Part shown: piece after piece, positions 7,514 to 17,774 of the stretch
Layout: each line of letters begins with the position of its first letter
Position numbering within the stretch: the stretch's first letter is position 1
Assembly: GCA_963832165.1 (NCBI GenBank)
Contig: CAWHTE010000005.1
Span: forward strand, 192,001-256,000
Source of the DNA: an uncultured delta proteobacterium
GTDB taxonomy: Bacteria > Myxococcota_A > UBA9160 > SMWR01
Direction: 5' to 3'
Length of the DNA: 64,000 nt
Position numbers and translations under genes: made by a program
Notes under the pieces: generated by a model
Database searches by the model: none
The model's input: only the letters and a program-made list of their open reading frames with translations
What the model was told of the DNA's origin: nothing

Positions 7514-9032
7514 TCATCGGGTCCTCACCCCCTTGAATCCTCGAACACCGCCGTGCTGCGCCGTCTCTTCGAGGTCGGGGTTCTGGCGCAGCCGCTCGTA
7601 CACGGCCTCGGCGCGCAGTGGGAAGCGGTGCCCGTTGTCCGCGCACCATATTCGATAGCTCGCGTACAGCGCCGTTCGCGGCGTCACGGCCTGCGCGTGC
7701 TCAGCGAGCAGCGATCGTCGAGCCACCCGGCCACTGAGTCGAGTTGCCGCCGATAGTCGCCACCTGCATCGCGCACGGCCTTCGGTAGCTCGAAGCGCCC
7801 GCGTTCGATGAGTCGGCGCAGGGCATCGACGGCCGCCACGAGCAACCCCTCAAGCTCAGCCTGCGTCGTCAACTTCGCGACGAGGTAGGGGTCACGCTTC
7901 TCGGGGGCGATCACGCTCTGCATCGGGACCACGATCCAGCGCTCGAACGACGCTTCGCTCTGGTCCCTGGAGTACGGCGCTTCGTTCGCCGAGAAGATCG
8001 GCAGCGCGAAGCTCGTGAACGAAAACGGCTGGCCGTACTTCCGCTCGGCGTAGATCGCGTCGCCGCCGGTCATCATCTTAAACACGTCGGTGCGCTCGAT
8101 TGCCCTGGCGTCGAGGTCGCCGCAGACGTTTGCCAACTTTCCATAGAGCGCGGCGGCGGCAAAGCGAGACTCGGAGAATAGTTGCAGCGGTACCGAGGCG
8201 ACGTTCGCCGCTCCGAGCAGCGCGCGGATGATCGAGAGCAACACCAACTTGCCGTTTCGACCCGGCCCGAGGAGCAGCACCGCGGTGTGCAGCGAAAGAT
8301 CCGCGAGCAGCGCGTATCCGATGATCTCCAGCACGAGCTGCACGGTCGGCTCGTCGGGCAGCACATCTCCGAGGAAGGCTTCGATCCGCATACAGCAGGA
8401 GTGCACGTGCCACTCGATCGGGATCTGGATCGCGCTGCGGTGCTCAGGTGTGTGCGGGCGCAATTCACCGGTGCGCCAGTCGAGCAGCCCGTTGCGGACG
8501 TTGAGAAATTGCTCAGGTGGACGGTGCGGGATCGTTGGCGCTTCAGACGCAGCCACGAGATCACTTCGTCGGAATGCCGCCGCTTGAACTTCTGGCCCAA
8601 CCGGTCGCGCACCCAGGCGCGCGCGTGCTGCTCGCCGTCGGCGACGTAGACGCCATCGCTGTAGCGATACAGCCGATCGTCGTCGCCGAGGGCGAGATGA
8701 TGTTCGCGTTTGAGCAGGACGCCTGCGCGCGATGGGGTGAATCCGCTCTCGCCGAAGAACTCACCACCCGCGGTACTGCCATTGGCAGTAGATCGTGCCC
8801 CGGCGGTTCGCGAGCACAGCTCACCGAGCCCGAGCGCGTCGAGATGTTCCGAATCCGATCTCCCACAACCGCAGAGCAGAACAACGCCACCATCGCGACC
8901 CGCGCGGGCGGCCATCCAAGGCGGTGCGCCGTCTTCGAGTGGACACCGAGCGCGTCCGCTCGGGTCGAGCCCGCCGAGCCCAGCATCTTCGAGCGCGACG
9001 TGGACGCGGTCGATCGCGGCCGCCGCCGTCAT
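7514..9032 (-). pseudogene. P4/D5-family primase-helicase (SF3), split by at least 2 frameshifts
   Basis: Three overlapping ORFs: Cys-rich N-terminus; NVRNGLLDWRTGELRPHTP, GPGRNGK, LYGKLAN, AERKY; C-terminal wHTH LYASYRIWCADNG. Frameshifts could be assembly errors. Confidence 0.85.
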
Positions 9033-9217
9033 TCGCCCGGCTCCGCCGTCGCCTCGGACGCGACGAGCCGCACCGGCCTCTCAAGACGCGCCAGACGCCG
9101 CCGTTCGAGCGCGGCCAGCTCCGACGCAAGGCGCTGGACCACTTTGGGGTCGTCCGAGCGGCCGAGGATGCGGACGCCACCGCCCAGGACGGACTCGATC
9201 AGTAGAGCCTCGCGCAT
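9029..9217 (-). CDS. Small hypothetical protein
   Basis: AGGAGG RBS; ATGA overlap with the primase start. Confidence 0.55.
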   Translation of the reverse strand: MREALLIESVLGGGVRILGRSDDPKVVQRLASELAALERRRLARLERPVRLVASEATAEPGE

Positions 9218-9265
9218 GGGTTCCGACCTCCTGCCCGTCTACTCCGAGCCAGGAGGTGTTTGCGC

Positions 9266-10162
9266 TTACACGGCCCTACGAAATTTCGCGCGGATCCGAC
9301 CGAGGTGGACGCGAACGGTGGATGACGCGAGCCCGACGTGCTCGGCAGCAGCCTCGCTCTCGCCACCGTTCTCGTACATCGCGGCGACGATCTCGCGTTC
9401 GCGAGGGCTGAGCGCGGTGGCTGAACGGGCGCACTGGATTTGCAATTCCACCTCGCGATCCGACGCGGGGAGGTCCTCGACGTTTAGATCGGTGTGGGGA
9501 CGGTCCATCATCTCGCGAACGTCCCGCCGAACGATTGAAAACACGGCGTCAGCGAGCGCCTTCCGAAAACGCGGATTCTCGCGGCGGCAGAGATGGAATG
9601 GAAGCGAACCGACCTTCGCGGCCGCCTCGGGGGTCGCCGCCAGTACCAGCTCCCGCCGCAGCTCCTCCCGCTGGCGTCCCTCACGGATCGCAATTCGCCA
9701 GAGTGCGCGCTTCACCTCCGCGCGCGCATCGGGGTGTCCGTGGAACCCACCGAAAGCATTTGCAATCCATGCATCTGCAATCCATTCCGCCGCCAGATCG
9801 CGCGCATCGTCTGCGTAGGGCCATCCGCCGCGGTGCCGCATCGCACGAGCGGACCACGCCAGGTCTGGCTCCGCCGGAGTCTTCGCCTCCTCAACGTAGC
9901 CCTCCGCCATCCTGACGGTCTGTGCGGCCGCCTCGAAGTCCAAGGATGCGAGTACCGCGCGTAGCGCCTCTTGGGCCACATCCAGCATCGGCTGGAGCGT
10001 GCGCATAATCGCGCGGTACTGGCGATCGTGTTCGGCCACTAGTTCGCGCACGTGTTGCACGAGCCACGGCGGCGGCAGAACGTCACACGCTCGCTCTCCG
10101 ACGGGAGCGTCGGGCGCTGCAAGGATCTCGGCGGCCGTCAGTAGTCGAATCGCCTCACTCAC
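9266..10162 (-). CDS. Regulator with C-terminal LuxR/sigma70 region-4 HTH
   Basis: LSPREREIV...AAEHVGLASSTVRVHLGRIRAK. Confidence 0.7.
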   Translation of the reverse strand: MSEAIRLLTAAEILAAPDAPVGERACDVLPPPWLVQHVRELVAEHDRQYRAIMRTLQPMLDVAQEALRAVLASLDFEAAAQTVRMAEGYVEEAKTPAEPDLAWSARAMRHRGGWPYADDARDLAAEWIADAWIANAFGGFHGHPDARAEVKRALWRIAIREGRQREELRRELVLAATPEAAAKVGSLPFHLCRRENPRFRKALADAVFSIVRRDVREMMDRPHTDLNVEDLPASDREVELQIQCARSATALSPREREIVAAMYENGGESEAAAEHVGLASSTVRVHLGRIRAKFRRAV

Positions 10163-10173
10163 CCGTGGAAATC

Positions 10174-11325
10174 CTACTGCGCTCGCGAACGTCGCGCGAT
10201 TTCGAGCATCCCTTGGTCGAGTCGATTCGCGTAGCGCCGCGTGCTGCGAGAGTCGGCGTGCCCGAGGTAGTCGCGAACGGCGCGCTCGTTCTTGGTCCGC
10301 TCCATCGCTTCGGTTGCGAACGTGTGCTTAGTGCCCTCGTACAGCTTCACCGGCTTCGGCAGCCCGGCCTCGGTGCACGCGGCCGTCCACCGCTCGCGGA
10401 GCTGCCAGTGGGACCAGCGCCGACCCGATCGGGGGTTCGGGAGCAGCACCGCACCAGGATCGGCCGCGAGGCGCTTCTCGGCGGGCCAGCGTGCCTCGAT
10501 CCATGCGGCCACCAGCTCGGGCACCGGCACATCGCGATTGCGGCGCGTCTTCGTCGGGCCGACGCGCGCGCTCGGACCGGGACCCTGCACTGCCTTCGTG
10601 ATCGAGAGCCGCGGCGGATCGCCGGGGCGGTAGTCGGCGACGGTGAGCGCGCGAACCTCGCCGGGACGCAGCCCCATGAACGCCATCGCCAGGTGCGCGC
10701 CGCGGTCGGCTTCGGGGATCGCATCGAGGATCGCCTGTTGCGTCGCAGGCGAGAGAATCGTCGGCGTGTAGTTGGCCTGGGCGACGTGCGGGAACGCGGG
10801 AACCTCGCGCAACGTGCGCTGGCGCTGGCACCAGCGCAGGAACGCGCGAAATGCGCCGAGCACGTGTCGGCGCGTCTTGGGCGTAGAGCGCGCGTTCCTT
10901 CGCCATCCACAGCGACCACGATTCGAGCGCGCCCTCGGTGACTTCCGTCAATCCGCGCGCGCCCGACCACGCCACCTCCCCGCCCTTCCGGCCGTAGCGT
11001 CGATACTCGCGCACGGTGAGCGGGCTCCGATCGCCGATCTGAACGAGCCCGTCCATGTGTTCGAGCCAGCCCGTGTAGCGGTTGGCGATGCGGTGAATGT
11101 CGGCGACGACGGGCAGGAACTCCGAGACCGCTTCCTCCCGCGGCGTCCCCTGCGCGATCTTCACGCGGATCACGTTGAGCACAGCCTCGGCCATCGCTCG
11201 GTTGTCGCGCGAACGACACACCGGCGAGCCCGTGGATCCACCCGAAGGGCCTCGCGTCGATGCGCCAGCGCTGACCGTCCGACGTGCGCCGGACCTCACG
11301 ACAGCTTCCGGTCCCCGCGCGCCAT
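10174..11325 (-). pseudogene. Tyrosine integrase, about 3 frameshifts (real or assembly errors)
   Basis: GLRPGEVRAL, TKT, LYEGTKHTFAT, LGHAD..STRRY; N-terminal parts lie in other frames; adjacent to the tRNA att site. Confidence 0.85.
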
Positions 11326-11473
11326 CACGAGCACCGCGAGCATGTGCTCGGATTCGGTGCGAAGGCGGAAAGCGTCCATGCCTTCCGACTCCGCGCCGCG
11401 AGCGGATTTCGTTTACAGCGAACGCAACCGGTGCCGATCCCGTTGGGGCTCAACCCGGAGGAAGGGCTCCGAC

Positions 11474-11493
11474 TTGTGACGCAGTTGTGATGG
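11474..11493. promoter_or_regulatory. Putative integrase arm-type binding sites (right end)
   Basis: ttgtgacg / ttgtgatgg with 11-bp period, matching 2139-2158. Confidence 0.65.
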
Positions 11494-11530
11494 CCGTAGG
11501 TGGGTGTAACTAACTGAAATGCGTGCTATT

Positions 11531-11606
11531 TGGCGTCCCCAACGGGAGTCGAACCCGTGTCGCCGCCTTGAAAGGGCGGTGTCCTAGGCCTCTAGACGAT
11601 GGGGAC
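11531..11606 (-). tRNA. tRNA-Glu (TTC)
   Basis: GTCCCCATCGTCTAGAGGCCTAGGACACCGCCCTTTCAAGGCGGCGACACGGGTTCGACTCCCGTTGGGGACGCCA; cloverleaf and CCA end. Confidence 0.97.
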
Positions 11607-11636
11607 GGCCGGCGCGCAAGATAGCGGAGCGAGGCT

Positions 11637-12269
11637 TCAATTCCCCGGCGCGATCGTATCGGCGACGCGCCACAGATACCACGACGCGACGCTGCGGTAG
11701 GGACGCCACGGCTCCGCGAGCACCTCGAGCTCGCGCGGCTTCGGCAGCTCGCGCAGCCCGTAGAGCTGCATCGCGCCCTTGCGGACCCCGTAGTCGCCGA
11801 CCGGCAGCACGTCGGGCCGCCCGAGCGAGAACATCAGGAGCATGTGCGCGGTCCACTCCCCGATCCCGTGGATCTGCGTCACCGCCGCAACGACGTCCGC
11901 GTCGTCCATCGCGCGCAGCCTTCGGTTCGACACGTCGCCCGCGGCGAACGCGGTCGCCACCGCGCGCACCGCGGCGATCTTCTGGCGCGAGAGCCCGGCC
12001 GCGCGCAGCTGGGTGTCGGGCGCCTCGAGCAGCAGCTCGGGCCGCGGGTAGCGCCCGCGCCACGGCGCGCGCAGGCGCGTGTCGATCGTGCGCGCGGCCG
12101 CGCCCGCGAGCTGCTGGTAGATCACCGAGCGCAGCAGCATCCGATACGGATCGCCGCGGTGCTCCATGGAGCACGGCCCGACGCGCCGGATCACGACGGC
12201 CAGAACCGGATCGCGCCGCAAGAGGGAGCGGCGCGCGCGAGCGTGTCCGTTGTCGTCCGGGGGAGTCAT
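11637..12269 (-). CDS. alkA: DNA-3-methyladenine glycosylase II (HhH-GPD family)
   Basis: SVIYQQL, IHGIGEWTA, DVLPVGDYGV, WRPYRSVASWYLW. Confidence 0.9.
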   Translation of the reverse strand: MTPPDDNGHARARRSLLRRDPVLAVVIRRVGPCSMEHRGDPYRMLLRSVIYQQLAGAAARTIDTRLRAPWRGRYPRPELLLEAPDTQLRAAGLSRQKIAAVRAVATAFAAGDVSNRRLRAMDDADVVAAVTQIHGIGEWTAHMLLMFSLGRPDVLPVGDYGVRKGAMQLYGLRELPKPRELEVLAEPWRPYRSVASWYLWRVADTIAPGN

Positions 12270-12371
12270 CGAGCGGCGGATGGTAGCTGCCATGGGTCTG
12301 CACGCGTCCAGTGCCACCGGAACGCTCGCACGGCTCCGGCCCGTGCGACTTCCCGCCGATACGTCGGGGCG

Positions 12372-14237
12372 ATGGCGAAGGCTCAATCGGAGGGGGCTGC
12401 GCCCGGAGGCGTGCAGCGCGGCGTGCTGCGTCCCGCGCTCGGGCTCGAAGAGGTGCTCGAGCTGCTGGTCCAGCACCAGCTGCTCTCGGAGGGCCAGGCG
12501 CGCGAGGTAGCCGGGCGCGCCACCACGCTGCGCAGCAGCGTGCTCAAGGAGCGCGTCGGGTCCGTGCGCTCGCAGGCGGCCGCGCGCTATGACGTGTCGC
12601 CGGCCGAGATCGTGGCCGCGGCGCACTTCCCCGATCCCGATCCGAAGCAGGGCAAGATCGACGAGAACTCGGTGGCGAAGGTGCTCGCGGCGGCCGCGGG
12701 CGCTCCCTACCTGAAGATCGACCCTCTCGCGATCGACAACGATCTGGTCGCGAAGATGCTCTCGCGCCCGTTCGCGCACCGCCACGTGGTGATCCCGATC
12801 GCGCGCGAGCGCGACGCGATCGCGCTTGCGGTGACGGACCCGTTCGACACCGCGCTGCGCGACTCGCTCGAGCAGATGATCCAGGCGCCGCTGCGCTACG
12901 TCGTCGCTGCCAAGTCCGACATCATCGCGATCATCGATCGCGTCTACGGCTTCCGCTCGAAGGTAAATCAGGCGCAGGCGCAGCTCGGCCGCGGGGCCAC
13001 CGGTGGCGCGCTCGTGCAGCTCGTCGAGCTGCGCAGCAACGCCGAGCTCGCGGCGACCTCGAACGACGAGCACGTCATCGCGGCCGTCGACTATCTGCTG
13101 AACTACGCGTTCGAGCAGCGCGCCTCGGACCTCCACCTCGAGCCGCGCGCGAAGGACGCGGTGATCCGGTTCCGGATCGACGGCATCCTGCACGATATCG
13201 AGAACCTGCCGCTCGCCGTGCACGGCGCGGTGGTCTCGCGGATCAAGGTGCTCGCGGGCATGAACATCGCCGAGCGCCGCCGCCCGCAGGACGGCCGGAT
13301 CAAGACCCACCGCGCCGAGCGCGAGGTGGAGCTGCGCGTTTCGAGCATGGCGACCGCATTCGGCGAGAAGATCGTCGTGCGCGTGTTCGACCCGAGCGTG
13401 CTCATGACGAACCTGCAGGACCTCGGCTTCACCACGGCCGAGCGCGAGCGTTTCGAGAAGTGGATCACCTGCCCGAACGGGCTGATCCTCGTCACGGGCC
13501 CGACCGGCTCCGGCAAGACCACCACGCTCTACTCGACGCTCCGCTACCTCTCGGGCCCCGAGCTCAACATCACGACGGTCGAAGACCCGATTGAGATGGT
13601 CGACTCGCGCTTCTGCCAGGTGCAGGTCAACCCGCAGATCGACGTGACGTTCTCGAATGCGCTGCGCACGATCCTGCGCCAGGACCCCGACATCATCATG
13701 GTCGGCGAGATCCGCGACGCCGACACCGCGAACATGGCGGTGCAGGCCGCGCTCACGGGCCACCTGGTGTTCTCGACGCTCCACACGCGCAACGCCGCGG
13801 GCGCGGTCACGCGCCTGGTCGAGCTCGGCGTCGAACCGTTCCTGCTCTCGAGCGTGCTGCGCGGCGTGCTCGCGCAGCGCCTGATCCGGCGCATCTGCGT
13901 GCGCTGCGCAGTCGAGGGCACGCTGAATCCCGACCAGGTGACGGCGCTCGGCATCAAGGTGCCCGTCGAGCGCCGCGAGCGGCTCGTCGTGCGCTGGGGC
14001 GAGGGCTGCGTCGACTGCCGGCACACGGGCCTCTACGGGCGCACCGGCGTGTTCGAGATGCTCGACGTGGGCAAGCGCGTGCGCGCGCTCATCAACGAGG
14101 GCAAGGACGCCAACGAGATCGACCGCGCCGGGCGGATCGAGGGCATGGAGAACCTGCGCGAAGCCGCGCTGCGCAAGCTCGCCGACGGGCTGACCACCTA
14201 CGAAGAGGTCGCCCGCGTCACGGTGGACACCGAGTGA
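12372..14237 (+). CDS. GspE/PulE/PilB-family secretion ATPase
   Basis: ASDLHLEP, GPTGSGKTTT, LRQDPD, TGHLVFSTLH, CxxC zinc motifs. Confidence 0.92.
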   Translation: MAKAQSEGAAPGGVQRGVLRPALGLEEVLELLVQHQLLSEGQAREVAGRATTLRSSVLKERVGSVRSQAAARYDVSPAEIVAAAHFPDPDPKQGKIDENSVAKVLAAAAGAPYLKIDPLAIDNDLVAKMLSRPFAHRHVVIPIARERDAIALAVTDPFDTALRDSLEQMIQAPLRYVVAAKSDIIAIIDRVYGFRSKVNQAQAQLGRGATGGALVQLVELRSNAELAATSNDEHVIAAVDYLLNYAFEQRASDLHLEPRAKDAVIRFRIDGILHDIENLPLAVHGAVVSRIKVLAGMNIAERRRPQDGRIKTHRAEREVELRVSSMATAFGEKIVVRVFDPSVLMTNLQDLGFTTAERERFEKWITCPNGLILVTGPTGSGKTTTLYSTLRYLSGPELNITTVEDPIEMVDSRFCQVQVNPQIDVTFSNALRTILRQDPDIIMVGEIRDADTANMAVQAALTGHLVFSTLHTRNAAGAVTRLVELGVEPFLLSSVLRGVLAQRLIRRICVRCAVEGTLNPDQVTALGIKVPVERRERLVVRWGEGCVDCRHTGLYGRTGVFEMLDVGKRVRALINEGKDANEIDRAGRIEGMENLREAALRKLADGLTTYEEVARVTVDTE

Positions 14238-15712
14238 GCGGGGGTGCCGCCGCGGAAGAGCTGCGCGCGCTCGTGCGCGCGGGCTGGCGACTCGCCATCT
14301 TCGAGACCTTCGAGGAGGAGCGCGCGCTGAACCTGCTCGAGCGCGTCGCGAGCAGCAATGAACGCGCGCTCGTCACCTGGACCGTCGCCGCGGGACTCTC
14401 GGGCAACGGGGACGGTGCGGGCTCGCTCGACGCGGGGCTCTCCGCGATCGCGCGCTGCGACCAGCCCGCGCTGTTCGCGATGCTCGATGCGCACCGCTGG
14501 CTCGACGACGCGATCGGGCTGCGGCGCCTGCGCGATCTGCTTCCGCAGCTCGGCGCGCGCAAGCAGTGCATCGTGCTGGTCGGCCCGGTCTTCCATCTGC
14601 CGGTCGAGATCGAACGCGACGCGGGCCACGTCGCATTGCCGCTGCCGAATGCGGCCGAGATCGCGCATCTGTTCCAGCGCGTGCTCGAGCAGGGCGAGAC
14701 CAAGGTGGATGCGCAGGTACTGGGCCAGGCGATCCGCGGCGCGCTCGGGCTCTCATCGGGCGAGGCCGTGCGCGTGCTGCGCAAGGCGCTGCGCACCGCG
14801 GGCGCGCTCGATGGGCGCGCGGTGGCCGAGATCGTGCGCGACAAACGCCGCGCACTGCACCGCACACCCGCGCTCACATTCCTCGACGACGGTACCGGGC
14901 TCGACGACGTCGGCGGGCTCGGCGACCTCAAGAGCTGGCTCGCCGAGCGACGGCGCGCGTTCACGGACGAGGCGGTGGCATTCGGGCTGCCCACGCCGCG
15001 CGGGCTGCTCCTGCTCGGCGTCCAGGGCTGCGGGAAGTCGCTCTCCGCGCGCGCGGTCGCGCGCGAGTGGCAGTTCCCGCTGCTGCGCCTCGACCTCGCG
15101 GCTGCGTTCGGAGGAGAGCGCAGCCCCGAGCTCGCGCTGCGCGAAGCCGTCGAGGTGGCGGGCTCGCTCGCGCCCGCGGTGCTCTGGATCGACGAGATCG
15201 AGAAGGGGTTCGCCGCGGCGCTCTCGGATCCGGTCGCGTCGCGCGTGTTCGGCTGGTTCCTCACCTGGCTGTCCGAGAAGCGCGAGCCCGTGTTCGTGGT
15301 GGCGACCGCGAACGACGTGCAGGGACTACCGCCCGAGCTCTTGCGCCGCGGGCGCTTCGACGAGCTGTTCTTCGTCGACCTGCCCACGGCCCCCGAGCGC
15401 GCCGAGATCCTGCGCATCCACCTGCGCAAACGCGGGCGCGATCCGCTGCACTTCGAGGTCGATGAGCTCGCGCTCGCGGCCGAGCGCCTGACCGGGGCCG
15501 AGCTCGAGCAGGTGGTGGCCTCGGCGCTCTACACCGCGTTCGCGGAATCGCGCGAGCTCTCCGACAACGATCTCGCCAACGCGATCGAGCAGACCGTTCC
15601 GCTCTACGACACCTACGAGGAGCGGATCAAGGAGCTGCGCGACTGGGCCCGCCACCGCGCGCGGATGGCTTCCGTGGATGGGCGGATCGCCGAGCTCTTC
15701 TCGACGCGCTGA
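14234..15712 (+). CDS. AAA ATPase, Ycf46-like
   Basis: VGGLGDLKSWL, GVQGCGKS, LWIDEIEKG, LPPELLRRGRFDE. Confidence 0.88.
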   Translation: MSGGAAAEELRALVRAGWRLAIFETFEEERALNLLERVASSNERALVTWTVAAGLSGNGDGAGSLDAGLSAIARCDQPALFAMLDAHRWLDDAIGLRRLRDLLPQLGARKQCIVLVGPVFHLPVEIERDAGHVALPLPNAAEIAHLFQRVLEQGETKVDAQVLGQAIRGALGLSSGEAVRVLRKALRTAGALDGRAVAEIVRDKRRALHRTPALTFLDDGTGLDDVGGLGDLKSWLAERRRAFTDEAVAFGLPTPRGLLLLGVQGCGKSLSARAVAREWQFPLLRLDLAAAFGGERSPELALREAVEVAGSLAPAVLWIDEIEKGFAAALSDPVASRVFGWFLTWLSEKREPVFVVATANDVQGLPPELLRRGRFDELFFVDLPTAPERAEILRIHLRKRGRDPLHFEVDELALAAERLTGAELEQVVASALYTAFAESRELSDNDLANAIEQTVPLYDTYEERIKELRDWARHRARMASVDGRIAELFSTR

Positions 15713-15731
15713 ACGCGTTAGAATCGGACGC

Positions 15732-16661
15732 GTGGAAGACCGCACGATCGTGCGCGAGCGCGCACAGAACATCTGGGCGAGCTTTGCGCGCAAGTTCGAG
15801 CCGATGGCCCAGGCGTCGCACCTCGAGCCGATGCCGAACCAGGAGCTCGCGCGGATCGGCGGGCTCGCGGACGCGAAGGACGAGATCCAGACCTACGCGA
15901 GCGCGGCCACCAACCCGGACGTCTACGCGCGCTGGGGGACGCATCCGCCCAGCGGCGTGCTGCTATTCGGACAGCGCGGCGTGGGCAAGGAGCTGCTCGC
16001 GCGTTCGCTCGCGAGCCTCACGCAGACGTCGTTCCTCTCGCTCGCGATCCCGAAGCTCGTGCTCGAGGTGGTCCACCGCGGCGGCAAGGTCGGCGAGCTC
16101 GTGGCGGGCTGGTCGACCGCGCTCGCCGAGATGCCGCCGCTCACGGTGCTGTTCGACGAGCTCGAGTTCCTGCAGGCGGAGGAGATCGGCACGCGCCGCC
16201 TCGATCTGCCCGTGGGCCCCGTGATGGATTTCCTGCTCGACATGGTCGATCGCGCGATCGCCGTCGATCACGTGCTCGTGCTGGGATCCACGTCGCACCC
16301 GGGCACGCTGCGCCGCGCGTTTACGCAGCCCGGGCGGCTCGAGCGCGTGGTCGAGGTGAGTCCGAGCTATCCCGGCGACATCATCGAGGCGCTGCGCATC
16401 CACGCCGCCGACGCGGAGAAGCTCGCCGGGCGTTCGCTCTTCGATCAGATCAACTGGGAACAGATCGTGTCGAGCGTGCCGATCCGACCGATGCCGGGCG
16501 ACTGGGTGCACATCCTCCACTCGGTGCTGCGCCGCAAGGCGCGCTGCGAGGCGGCGGGAGACGGCGTCACGCCCGTCACCACGGCCGACTTCCACGAGGA
16601 GGTCGAGCGGTTCCAGAAGGCGAGCAGCCGGCTCGCGACGCCCACCGGGAACTACGTCTAG
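15732..16661 (+). CDS. Divergent AAA-family ATPase
   Basis: IGGLADAK, GVLLFGQRGVGKE, LFDELE, PGRLE. Confidence 0.8.
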   Translation: MEDRTIVRERAQNIWASFARKFEPMAQASHLEPMPNQELARIGGLADAKDEIQTYASAATNPDVYARWGTHPPSGVLLFGQRGVGKELLARSLASLTQTSFLSLAIPKLVLEVVHRGGKVGELVAGWSTALAEMPPLTVLFDELEFLQAEEIGTRRLDLPVGPVMDFLLDMVDRAIAVDHVLVLGSTSHPGTLRRAFTQPGRLERVVEVSPSYPGDIIEALRIHAADAEKLAGRSLFDQINWEQIVSSVPIRPMPGDWVHILHSVLRRKARCEAAGDGVTPVTTADFHEEVERFQKASSRLATPTGNYV

Positions 16662-16669
16662 GCCACCCC

Positions 16670-17758
16670 ATGGATACCTGGCTCGTCACGGGCGGCGCCG
16701 GATTCATCGGCTGCAACTTCGTGCGCATGGCGCTCGCCAAAACCCGCGCGCACATCGTCGTGCTCGACAAGCTCACCTACGCGGGCAACCTCGCCAATCT
16801 GGCCGATTTCACCTCCGACCGGCGCTTCTCGTTCGTGCGCGCCGACATCGCCGACCGCGAGGCGGTCGCGGGCGCATTCCGCGAGCACCGGCCGAGCGCC
16901 CTGCTCAACTTCGCCGCCGAATCCCACGTCGACCGCTCGATCGATGCTCCCGCCGATTTCGTGCGCACGAACGTGACCGGCACGTTCGAGCTGCTCGAGG
17001 CGGCGCGCCATCACCTCGCAGGCGCCGACGCGGACACACGAGCGCGCTTCCGCTTCCTGCACGTCTCCACGGACGAGGTCTACGGCTCGCTCGGCGAGAC
17101 GGGCGCGTTCTCCGAGACGACGCCCTACGAGCCCAACTCGCCCTACTCCGCCTCCAAGGCCGGCGCCGACCACCTCGTGCGCGCCTATCACGCGACCTAC
17201 GGAATCCCCGTGCTGATCACGAACTGCTCGAACAACTACGGCCCCTACCAGTTCCCCGAGAAGCTGATCCCGCTCATGATCCTGAACGCGCTCGAGGGAC
17301 AGCCGCTGCCGATCTACGGCGACGGCCGCAACGTGCGCGATTGGCTCTACGTCGACGACCACTGCGAGGGCATTCTGCTCGCGCTCGAGCGCGGGCAGCC
17401 CGGGCAGAAGTACAACCTGGGCGGCTTCGGCGAGCGCACGAACCTCGAGATCGTCGATGCGCTGTGCGCAGAGCTCGAGCGCGTGCATCCGGCCGCGAGC
17501 AATCCCGCGATCGCGGGCGCAAGGGCGTACGCGGATCTCAAGCGATTCGTCGCGGACCGCCCCGGACACGACCGGCGTTATGCGATCGACTCGGCGCGCG
17601 CGCAGAAGGAGCTCGGCTGGCGCCCCGCGCACGACCTGTCCCGGGGTCTTGCCGCCACCGTGCGCTGGTACCTCGAGCACCGCGAGTGGTGCGAGGAGGT
17701 ACAGTCAGGGCGGTATCGCCGCGAGCGGCTCGGACTCCGGCACGGGACGCGCCCCTAG
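16670..17758 (+). CDS. rfbB: dTDP-glucose 4,6-dehydratase
   Basis: TGGAGFIG, AAESHVDRS, STDEVYG, YSASK, DRPGHDRRY. Confidence 0.97.
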   Translation: MDTWLVTGGAGFIGCNFVRMALAKTRAHIVVLDKLTYAGNLANLADFTSDRRFSFVRADIADREAVAGAFREHRPSALLNFAAESHVDRSIDAPADFVRTNVTGTFELLEAARHHLAGADADTRARFRFLHVSTDEVYGSLGETGAFSETTPYEPNSPYSASKAGADHLVRAYHATYGIPVLITNCSNNYGPYQFPEKLIPLMILNALEGQPLPIYGDGRNVRDWLYVDDHCEGILLALERGQPGQKYNLGGFGERTNLEIVDALCAELERVHPAASNPAIAGARAYADLKRFVADRPGHDRRYAIDSARAQKELGWRPAHDLSRGLAATVRWYLEHREWCEEVQSGRYRRERLGLRHGTRP

Positions 17759-17774
17759 CTCGCGAGGAGGAACC

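Larger units (their letters stand above)
2061..11558 (-). mobile_element. tRNA-Glu-integrated phage-satellite (PICI-like) genomic island
   Basis: 28-bp direct repeat of the tRNA 3' end at both ends; integrase next to the tRNA; primase-helicase, iterons and Nu1-like gene; no structural genes. Confidence 0.85.

Noticed and set aside
10174..11325. Integron integrase serving the cassette array
   Set aside because: Lies more than 3 kb from attI, is co-oriented with the cassettes, sits next to the tRNA att site, and shows no recognisable IntI-specific insertion
2061..11558. Complete prophage
   Set aside because: No capsid, portal, large terminase, tail or lysis genes; only ~9.5 kb
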